Origin: Saccostrea cucullata
Lineage: Eukaryota
DNA: 64,000 nucleotides
NCBI RefSeq assembly: GCF_032062105.1
Contig: NW_026933830.1
Span: forward strand, 310,001-374,000
Direction of reading: 5' to 3'
Position 1 is the stretch's first letter. The number at the start of each line of letters is the position of its first letter. Both the position numbers and the translations under genes were made by a program. The notes under the pieces were generated by a model. It was not told where the DNA came from. It searched no databases and was given only the letters and a program-made list of their open reading frames with translations. This document shows, piece by piece, positions 12,701 to 24,700 of this stretch.

Positions 12701-15700
12701 AAAATAAGGTAACATAAACATTCAATAAGAAGAAGCGCGGTCATGCTATCATCATGGTAGGACTCACTTAACATTATTTAAATTTTTTTTGCAAAATTCT
12801 GTATGAAGTTTTAAACCATTTAATTACATTTAAATGTTATAAATCTGCAAAGGAATGACTTCTTTTAATGGTAATGGTAATTTAAATGCTAAAAAAGGCT
12901 AAATTTTATTTTTTCAAAAGCTGATCCTGTAATTAATGCAAATACTGGTACAAATACAGATTTGGGGTCTAAAGATATTGTTCATTAGTCATTTGTGTTG
13001 GGAAACACATAATGTACACTTGAACAACGAAATTGATTTTAGAAATCACAGAATACAAAATCATAAATGTATTATAGATTATACCAAATATAAGAGGAAA
13101 GTAAAACCTGAAGCATACACATGCAGGATACAAAATTCCACAAGGAAATCTTATCAGTGACATCTGTGCATGCCATACAAGACAAAAGCACCTGTTTAAA
13201 AATCTTATATCTAGGAAGTTTTATACATCTCTAAGTCATCTTATTCTTAATTGGGATTTTATTTATTGTTGCTCTACAATATGGATTATCCTGCCCTACG
13301 TATCAAACTAAAACACATTTATCTTTGTATGAAATAAAAGTAATTCAAACAAAATAATGCAGTATATAATTACACGATGTGTGATATCTGATACATTAAT
13401 GTATTGTATGTTTCAGTATATTCTCATATAACTATTTGTATATTTGTATATTGAAGTACTATATTTAACAAGGAAATCTTAACCATCCAAATAGTCTCTT
13501 ATGGGACAAATTCTCACAAAACATACACCTATCTAACAACATCTTATATACTAGGAAGTAACCATCAAAATCATAATATTCCTCTGGTATTTTTCAACTC
13601 AACTCTTAAACAAATTGTTCATCCACTTACATATCAATCTCAATGCATTGTAAATGAATCTGACAGCTAAAAGATTTCATTTTACTTTATATCATGTATC
13701 AATACATCGGAAACCCACGGCTGATTACGATTCTCTCTCTCTCCATCATGTGATGGAGAGAGGAACGAAGCATAACCAGCCGGGGGTTTCCAACGATGGT
13801 ATCAATAATAACATATTTAATGTGTAACTATGAACTCTGAGCTTTGTGTTTGATGACCAAGACTATGATATGCAATATTTAGACATTTGTTCCTTATATA
13901 TATGATTTGAGTCTAGGGTATGCGATCCTACAGTGTATGAAGTCTAACCAAGACGTATTTGATGTTTATGAATTCGAACCTGAGGCGTCTGGTAGCGGGT
14001 TTTTCTCCTCTGTCTGTACATGCTTTAGATTGCCTTTCTCAAACTCTGTCAAGGATTTCCTAATGTTAACTTCTCTCTTCTCCTGTTGGATCACTGGAAA
14101 AATAAGACCAAATTTATTGTTTAGGTCACGCTAGAATTAGAGGTCCCGGCCTTAAGAGTAGCAGATAAACCCGCAATAAATGGCAATCTACAATGTAACA
14201 TTATATGCAGTAAAATCAATACAGAAAAAAACTGAACATAGATAGCTAAATTACAGAAAATGTAAAACTGATCATTTTTAAATGTGCTTCTCAATTCTGA
14301 AAAAAAAAAAGTTATCAATAAAACACAACATTGTTATTTATCATCATTAATGCGTAGATTTTACGTAAATAGAATTTGCCCTGACCTAGAAACATGTTTA
14401 CAACATTCTCTGCACTTTAAAATATTTTTATTTCTTGTTTTAAGATTTAAATCTGCATGCCTATTAATAAAATATGTGGATATAAAAATAAATATTAAAG
14501 GTTCAGTCTTTGTATATCATAGCAATATAGTAATACATGTATTTGTGTTTTCTTTATTATTTGTACATCTGGGTAAGTAATAAATTATTGACCACAAGTT
14601 ATTGATGTTTAATAGACAAGTATATAGCGATATATCAGGGCTCTTACACAGAAAAATTATTGCCGACACATTCAGTCATTAACACACAGTTTTCTTAATC
14701 ACCAGTAGGTCTCAATACGTTTATTGTCATGTAGTGTAGTGTGATGTCATTCTTATAACTAATCACTTCCTATCCTTTCTGGCTTTTCTTAAGTGAATGA
14801 AATGACAAACTCTGTAAGCCTAAGTCGTATAGATATCTCATCTTTACCACAAACTGGTTATGTGTTACAAAATACCTACCTATAATGTCAGGCTAGAGGA
14901 CATTCACCATCTATGTGTATCTTAATACATGTATTGTTAAACATTAAAGGTTTAAAACCACACACAATATTGGTTTTGTACATTTATTTACATGACTGGG
15001 AAAAAAGACTATCCTTACTAAATAACTTGGACTGAAAAAAAAATCTGACAGCTCTGAAATAAATATGAATTGCAATTGCAATGTTTTTTTTATGATAACG
15101 TTTTAAACAATGAATAATTTACAAAGGCACCCAAAAATTTCAAAAATAAAACATCCCTATCTTAAACTTTTTTGTCCATTTTAAACAATATATGTGTGTG
15201 GGGTTTTTATCACCTAAATTAACAAGGAAAGTAACAGCTATAATCTAAAGTACTTGACTTTATCATAAATTAACAAAATAATCAGTATATTTGACTACGT
15301 GTAACTATACAGATGATACATGTACAACCATGTGTTAATATGATTATCATTATATTGGAGCCTTGGTCTATCATTAACATATACGGTACATGTTATACAT
15401 GTATATGCATCTAGCTGTGGGTCATTTTAATAAACTAGTGTACAGTATGTCAGTAGACCAGTCCCTAACATTGAAAGATATCAGGAAGACAAACCAAAGG
15501 TCAATATCCCAACAAATTGATATAGCTACATTTGATGATTTGAAGTTACTAAATCTGTGCACATATGACAATTTTCTGCAGAGTTTGCAATCTACAAGAT
15601 CACACCTTGCTAAAAGAGAGGTTTTCTTCCTGAACAGAAAGAGTTCCTAAACAAGGAAAATCTAAAATTAACCCACAGGGAAGGTCCACGAACAGAACCT

Positions 15701-18700
15701 ATATAATATACACATCAAAAATGCACAAAACATGTTAGAACTAATGTAAAATAGAAAATAAAAATAGAAAATAAAAAAATATTTAAAAAATTGTAAGTGA
15801 AGCAATATATAAAAATAAAAATATGAATCATAATAAAAGAATATAAAAGAAAAAAAGGAAAAAATAAACATATTTTCTATTGACTGAGTGAAAGGAATTA
15901 ATTACTTCTATAATAATGTTTTCATTCAATTTTTTTTGTTATTCTGTAATAATCCTTGAAACTATAGGTATATAAATCAATATTGGTAGGTAAAAAGAGG
16001 TGCAAGATCATAATTCTAAATATTCTGAGAGTGTCGGAGATTTGAAAGTGAGGCTGCGACCAGCATGCATCAGATGGAAGCTACCTTCTGAGCTCGGTAG
16101 AGAGATTTTCTCCTCCGTGTTCGCTCGGCGTAACTTGCACCTGGGAAAATTCTCAATTCCTTCTTTTACTTCCTTTTCTCTTTTTTCGATTGCTATTGCT
16201 ATATTAGGAAATTGTCACATGAAGCAATTAAAAATATATATCTCAATCATAAATTCTAAGTATAAGTGTTTTTAAATCTGACATAATATATAAAGAAATC
16301 TGAAAAAGATCCTTTCAATACCTGAACCAATGGTTCCAAAAAACCCAAACTTTATGTACTTTTTTAGTTAGAATTCGGTTTGTACAGGCTGTAGGGCAGA
16401 TGTGTTAGATTAAAGAATGCACTGAAGGTAAGGCATTAGGGGAGGCCTGTACTACAACATAGACGTACTTTGTTTCCTTTAACTTTGTAATATGAACCAT
16501 TTCCTTCCTTTTAAGTGTAGTGTTGTGTTCAGGATCAGTACCTTAACGACTGACAGGCTGGTATTACCTCCTCTAAGACTGTGTATTATCTACGCATCAG
16601 CTTAACGTAACAATCATTCTGTACATGTTTAATGTACTAAGAGGGGCACTGACCAAGCTGTTGTCTTATGTAGTCCTGTAGATAATCAGAGTTGAGTGAC
16701 TGATCGAGAAATCAGTCAGAAACCCTAAAACTCCGCACTGAGATCATAAATGGACAGGGGTTTAATCTGGACTTGTTCAAATAAAGGCCCGCAATTTAAC
16801 ACCCATAAACCTGGAAATAGTCAAACACTGAGGGAAAGTCTGTATTTGGTAAACAAGTTTGTCATCAATACTATGACCGAGTTTAACTCCTCTATCTTTA
16901 GTGAGAGTAATGACTCCCCATTTATGCAGTATCCTACAAGTCTGTGACCTGTATGATAGATAATTAACAATAGCACTAATTGAATTTTAGGAAAATGTTC
17001 AATGTATCTGGTTATGCTTGGATCAAAGTTTTATCTGTTTGTGTACTTTTTGGTTTGTTTGTAGCAACAATGTCTGGGAAAAGTGGTTTATGGTTATCAA
17101 GAAGGATATGGAGATAACGAACAGTATTCAATCTCAACGTCCATTAAACAATATACAAAATAAGAGCAGAGCAAACACGGACCTCTGAAACATCAGAGGT
17201 GGGATCAGGTGCCATGGAGGAGTGAGCATCCCCTGCCGACCGGTCACACCCGCCGTGTGCTCGTTGTCATGATCAGGAAATAACGGAAAAAATCCGTCGT
17301 CAATTCAGTGTATAAATAATGGACTAACAATTGGTATGAAAAACGTCAGTCAGCATATGACTCAATGATAAATTGTATTTGCTGACAAGGTCATTGTATC
17401 GACCATAGAATTTACGAAATGATGACTTTAAACGAGACTGTTGATATTCTTGTTTCATCAACTTGCTTGTCAATAATTTACCTCGTTTAAGAAATTGTTC
17501 ATATCAAGTTAATTTAGTGTTGGCTAAGGAGAGGTACTTAAATGGATATCTTAGTCTGGGAGTGGGTTATTGAGTTAATTTAGTATTGGCTGGAAAGCAG
17601 TTATTATTCAGATATCTTATCGTCTTGGTTGGGGAGGGGTTATTGAGTTAATTTAGTATTGGCTGGGGAGCAGTTATTATTCAGATATCTTACCATCTTG
17701 GTCGGGAAGGGGTTATTGAATTGGGGTTATTAAATGGATAACTTACTATCTTGGTCTGGGAGGGGGTTATTGAGTTAATTTAATACTGACTTGGGAGGGG
17801 TTCTTATTTTTGTTATCTTACCATCTTGGTCCAGGAGGGGTTATTATTCAGATATCTTAACATCTTGAGCGGGGAGGGGGTTATTGAGTTGATTTAGTAT
17901 TGGGTGGGGAGGGGTACTTATTGGGATATCTTACCATGTTGGTTGGGGAGGAAATTTAGTGTTGCTGGGGGAGGTGTACTTGTACAGATATCTTACCGTC
18001 TTGGTCGGGGAGGGGTTATTGAGTTAATTTAGTATTGGCTGGGGAGGGATTATTATTCAGATATCTTACCGTCTTGGTCGGGGAGGGGGTTTTTCTCCTC
18101 AGTCTCCTGGTGTTTCAGCTTGTCCTTATCAAACTGTTCTATCCCACTCTTCAGTTCCTCCTCTGTCTTCTCCTGAGCAATAGCTATAAATAGATCAGAA
18201 AATCCCAGGTAAAACAGGCAAGGTAATCCAAATTACAGAGGTATAATAATAAAATACAAGGTAACAATAGGAACTTCCAGGTCAGGTATCATATAAGTAT
18301 TATCTGACTATGAGAAAAATAATCATGATTCATATAAAAAAAAAAGAGTTTATTAAGGCCATAATAAATAAATTGCTAGATTCTCATCCGAATTTTTTTA
18401 AAAATTGAGGCGGGCGGGCGGCTTTTATTTTATATTTTTTATTTTTTCAATTTTGCAGATTTTTTATTGACCTGGTCAATCGGTGTAATTTTATATACAA
18501 TACCTGAATAAAAGTCATAGTAAAGGTTCAATTATCTCTTACTTCACATCATCACCAATCTTTTTCAACCAATGACCCTTGTTTAAAATATATACGCATG
18601 TATTACAGCAATTACCATCTTTTCAGCTGTCAAACCATTGCGGGATTTAAAACGAAAGTAGAATGGTAGATGAATACAGATCCCGATCAGAATTAAGACG

Positions 18701-21700
18701 AAGAAAAACAGAAATTAAAAAAATCGTGGCGGGAGTAAAAAATCGGGCGGGCGGGGATGAGAATCTCGGAATATTTTTATTATGGCCTAAACACTGATTC
18801 CCCTGTAGAGCAGCTCATGGTAGGGTTAAAAATTTTCAAAAATAGGTCAAACTACAAGATCAGGGTCATGGGGCAAAAAGAAAAGTCTCATCACAATGAA
18901 AACAGTCATGTAGAATAAGGAAGCTCTAGCCCTAACCAATTAAAAGTTAGGGACAATGTTTTTATGGGCAAGCAGACAGACCAAACACTTTGTGCCTTTG
19001 AATTCTGTTTGAAGGAGAGGGCATAAAATGGGGGATAGGGGGCACACATTGGATAGTATCATCTAATTAATGCAATGAAGAAATTTATCTTCTTACACAT
19101 GTTAATTGTACTGCATCACCTCCCAATGATTTGTCATAAACAAAAATATTTAAAGCATGTTCAGTTGATAAACCTTGTCATAGCTAATCGATTTGCTGTT
19201 TATTATTTACGCATTGTTCTATTTAATTCTCTATATTTAAATTATGTAGATGTATTTTTTAATACTGATAGAGATGTTGTTTACCATTTCCTCAATAGAT
19301 AGACGGCAATTTGTAATCCATGAGAATTATTTTACCAGCTGTGACAGATCATTGACTCATACTGCCCTGTCAACAACTTGTTACATTTAATGCTTACAGC
19401 TACTTAACTAACAAGAGCCAGACTGGATTCCATAATTTATACTTTGTCAGTATGGTTCTTTATTTGCTAAAAAAAAATCATATTAAATCTAGTGCTTTGA
19501 AGACTCTTATAAGCAGCTGTTGAATAAAACAGAAGATTTCAATGGATTTCTATCGTTTCAAAAAAAAATATTGCTAAATGTAAAAACACTTAGTCTAGTT
19601 GACTTGTATGTGTTTATCTCTGGATGTACAACACTAGTTGACTTGTTAGTGTTTAACTCTGGGTGTACAACACTAGTAGACTTGTTAGTGTTTAACTCTG
19701 GGTGTACAACACTAGTTGACTTGTTAGTGTTTAACTCTGGGTGTACAACACTAGTTGACTTGTTAGTGTTTAACTCTGGGTGTACAACACTAGTTGACTT
19801 GTTAGTGTTTAACTCTGGATGTACACTAGCTGACTTGTATGTGTTTATCTCTGGATGTACAACACTAGTTGACTTGTTAGTGTTTATCTCTGGCTGTACA
19901 ACACTAGTTGACTTGTTAGTGTTTAACTCTGGGTGTACAACACTAGTTGACTTATTTTTACCTCTGGGTGTACATCACTAGTTGACTTGTTAGTGTTTAT
20001 CTCTGGGTGAACAAAACTAGTTGACTTGTTAATGTGTAACTCTGGATGTACAACACTAGTTGACTTGTTAGTGTTTATCTCTGGGTGTACACCACTAGTT
20101 GACTTGTTAGTGTTTAACTCTGGGTATACAACACTAGTTGACTTGTTAGTGTTTATCTCTGGGTGTACACCACTAGTTGACTTGTTAGCGTTTATCTCTG
20201 GGTGTACACCAATAGTTGACTTGTTAGTGTTTATCTCTGGGTGTACACCACTAGTTGACTTGTTAGTGTTTATCTCTGGGTGTACACCACTAGTTGACTT
20301 GTTAGTGTTTATCTCTGGGTGTACACCACTAGTTGACTTGTTAGTGTTTATCTCTGGGTGTACAACACTAGTTGACTTGTTAGTGTTTATCTCTGAGTGT
20401 ACAACACTAGTTGACTTGTTAGTGTTTAACTCTGAGTGTACAACACTAGTTGACTTGTTAGTGTTTAACTCTGGGTGTACAACACTAGTTGACTTGTTAG
20501 TGTTTATTTCTGGGTGTACAACACTAGTTGACTTGTTAGTGTTTATTTCTGGGTGTACAACACTAGTTGACTTATTTTTACCTCTGGGTGAACAAAACTA
20601 GTTGACTTGTTAATGTGTAACTCTGGGTGTACAACACTAGCTGAATTGTTAGTATGTAACTCTTTGTGTACAACACTAGTTGATTTGTTAGTAACTCTGG
20701 GTGTACAACACTAGTTGATTTGTTAGTGTGTAACTCTTGGGTGTACAACACTAGTTGACTTGTTAGTGTGTAACTGTTGGGTGTACAACACTAGTTGACT
20801 TGTTAGTGTTTATCTCTTGGTGTACAACACTAGTTGATTTATTTTTACCTCTGGGTGTACATCACTAGTGGACTTGTTAGTGTTTATCTCTGGCTATGCA
20901 ACACATATGGACTTGTTCTTGTTTAACTCTGTATACAACTGTAGTAGACTTGGTGGCCTTAGTGTTTATCTCTGGGTATACAACACTAGGTTACTAATTG
21001 TGTTTAATTCCGGGCGTACAATATTAGCCGATTTGTTAGTATTTAACTCTGGGAGTGAAACACAAGTGGACTTGTTAGTGTTTAACTGTGTACAATACTA
21101 GTAGACTTGTTAGTGTACAACACTAGGTCGAGGTCATATTGAAGGTTACTACTAGGGTGTTAAACACAGGTTATCTTGTTAGTTTCTCTGTGTACAAACA
21201 CTGAATACTTCTACAGAAGTAAGACCTACTGCTGATGTCTGGAAGGACTACTTTTTCCAGCGGTTCTGTGGGTCGAAGTTCACTTTTGAGGAACTCACTA
21301 ATGCTATTCAGATGTCGCTCTCTATTTTTTTCTTCTAGAAGCACTGCAAAGAATTTGGCCATGCAAGCAAGATATAAAAGCTTGTAAAGCAAAGCTTGTG
21401 TAAATACAGAATTGATATAAAAGATAATTCAAGTAAAACATTCATGCATGTAAACATTATTTTAATCTTCATTAATTTTTTGTTCATTAAATGAAATTGA
21501 GTGTTTGGGGCAGAAAAATATCGTTTTTGCATCTTTATATCAACCATCACAACAAAACAGAACAACGCACTCAAGCACTGAAAAAAGTGAAATATGAACA
21601 TGATGAATAACATGTCTTCTTTATCCTTTTTTCCTCTTTAACATATTTTCTATTAAAGATCAAAGTATAAAAATCGTACAATATTAACAGAGAGTTAGTT

Positions 21701-24700
21701 TACATTTACATATATATACAAGCTCTCCTAAAGCATCTTTAAAATTCCATATATATAAACACAATTTTAAACATAAACTTCTGTATGTGTTTACAAGCAA
21801 CCTTGATCATAAAAAACTTAATCTGTTGTCCCCAGCTATTCCCTCGTAGCAAGTCTTACTGTAATTGTTTACATTTACATAAATTATAAATCAAACTTAT
21901 TTTCTCACAAGGTCTATTAGCCTTTCTCTAATGCTTAAGTCTATTAGCCTTTCTCTAATGCTTTAACTTAAGTTATTTGTTTCATCAACCTTAAATCATT
22001 TTCCCCTTTATTTTGTAATTCACTTAGATATCATTGCATAAATATAAATTTGGATTCTTTCCAAATTTTAAAATGAGCCTTTCATTGATATCAGTGATAT
22101 AAGTAAGAGCCAAATAAGGACAGTGAACTCCGTATAAAAATATCCAGGCAATTACGCATTTTTCTAAAACAGCCTCAAGCAGTTTCTTCCTATTTTTTCA
22201 AATTCCATGAGAATTTGTACCGATTACTATATGTAGCAGAGAAAATCTGTTTCTAATTTATAAAATATTTACATTAGATGAATTACTTCAAATAACAAGG
22301 AAAGAAGAAACTTTATACTAGCTTAGAAAGGTTAAACTTATTAGTTTAAAGAAATACTTGGTCTGTATATACTTAAAGTAGAGCTGGGTACTACAGAGAT
22401 AGAAAATCCTTACTACAAGAAAGACAAATGAAAAAGTGCAGGCAGTGTAAAGTATATAGTGTCTGGCTAAAAGATGAAAACTGTGGAGAGAAAAAATTTC
22501 CATTAACACGTAGCGCACTACACAGTGTGAGGTTATAAAGTCCTTCACTCCTGATATAAAACTGTTAGTTGTCACGCCTAAACTCACTACAGGGGACTGA
22601 ACTCACTACTGGAGTCGGGGAGCATGGCTCGCTCCTTGGTGCGAGTCCGATGAAGCTGTTGTGAATCGAATGTCTCCACATGCTGAAGGAGTTCTTCATG
22701 ACATTTCTCCTGCTGCAAGTCTACAGAGACAGCTAATAGCTTACTACATACTCAATAGCAATGACTGTAGCTATACAACTAATAGCTTACTACACACCCA
22801 ATAGCAATGACTGTAGCTATATAGCTAATAGCTTACTACACACTCAATGGCAATGACTGTAGCTATACAGCTAATACCTTACTACATACTCAATAGCAAT
22901 GGACTGTAGCTATATAGCTAATAGCTTACTACATACTCAATAGCAATGACTGTAGCTATATAGCTAATAGCTTACTACATACTCAATAGCAATGACTGTA
23001 GCTATATAGCTAATAGCTTACTACATACTCAATAGCAATGACTGTAGCTATATAGCTAATAGCTTTCTACATACTCAATAGCAATGACTGTAGCTATATA
23101 GCTAATAGCTTACTACATACTCAATAGCAATGACTGTAGCTATATAGCTAATAGCTTACTACACACTCAATAGCAATGACTGTAGCTATATAGCTAATAG
23201 CTTACTACATACTCAATAGCAATGACTTTAGCTACAAATACAGCTAATAGCTTAGTACATACACAATCGCAATGACTGTAGCTACAAGTCTACAGATAAT
23301 AGCTTACTACATGATTACTAGAAATGGACTGTACCTCTTTCTAGCTTACTGTAATAAAATGTTTAAAAGCTTGCTACACACTCAATAGCAATCTGAATCA
23401 ATTGTAGCTACAAGTCTACAAAGAGAGCTTATAGCTTACTACATACTTAGTTACAATGACTGTAGCTACAATTCTACAAACACAGCTTATTAAAGCTTAC
23501 TACACCAATACAATTAGTGAAATGTATGTCTCTCACTATTATACTGTACTTCTACATCTATAGTAAAAAGCTTCCAACATACTCAATTGACTGTAGCTGT
23601 AGTCTATAGGGATCATCTTTGCTAGCCAAGGCTATATAGTAGCTACAGTCCATAATTACCCAATTTTCTTAATTTTCTTAATTTCTTTTCATAATTGTCA
23701 TGTTCCATAACTTTTTTTCTCTTTCTACTTAAAATTGAATTTGTGTATTATTTAAAACATAAAATCTTAATTGTAAGGATTTATATACACTGAGATTTAT
23801 GTCCTTGATATTTTGTAGTTCATGAGGCATGAAATGATTGAAGTGGGCCATCCATTGTATCTAGATAGTAAAGTGAACAATGGCTAAATATTCTCGAGTT
23901 TCACTGTAATATACAGGTTATTTAATACAATGTCTGACACAAGGATCTTAGATATGTCGCACGCCCTTTTGCCCTAGAATTACACTCTCTAATATGAAAG
24001 CGCAGTTCATATTTGGAATAGTTTTGATGCAGTACTTCCCCAAGAATAGGAGGTGCCATAGGGATAATATGTGGTTTAAATTAGGACATTTCTAACTTAA
24101 ATTTCAGTTCTTCTCTTTAAAAAAAAAGTTTAATTGCAAGGTGAAAGCAGTCTAATATACGTATATAGATTTATTAAATTTTCAAATCATCCCTCAATTG
24201 AAGAATATAAAGTATGCAAAATAAATGATTTATATTTTGCATCTGCGTTGAAAAATTTTCAATTGGTGTGCACGATAAACAAATTCTTATTCGCATAATT
24301 CTAAATCTGTGTAGACAACATTATAATCCCTGTTTTACAACATTTAGACATGTAGCCATAATGGGAGTAATTACAGATAAATCAGACACTGAGTGGGCAG
24401 ATTAAAGCTGTAAACCACAGCAGGGTCGGGGAATTTAAAACTTTATCTCAGTGGTGAATCCTCAATAAATGATCTGTTGTGTGCAGGTTCTTCCTGTAGA
24501 GATCGTAATTTGTAATCAATATATAAACCACTCTGTGTAACAGGAATGTTTACAATTAATAAATGTACAGGGAAATATGAATACTCCAAATTTAAATAAA
24601 ATTGATATTGTAAGGTTAAAATAATTCTTTATAATTTCCTTGATATTTTCTTCCCCTTTTCCTTCAGAGAAAACCATAAGCCTGTTTTCCTGTTCTATAC

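Noticed and set aside
19520-21101. ORFs with (TTLVDLLVFNSGC)n periodicity
   Set aside because: Translation of a 39-bp minisatellite antisense to the thymosin intron. No credible start or splice context.
22731-23300. Regular array that superficially resembles CRISPR
   Set aside because: Units are contiguous with no unique spacers, the context is eukaryotic, and there are no cas genes. The same applies to 52030-52994 and 28920-30230.
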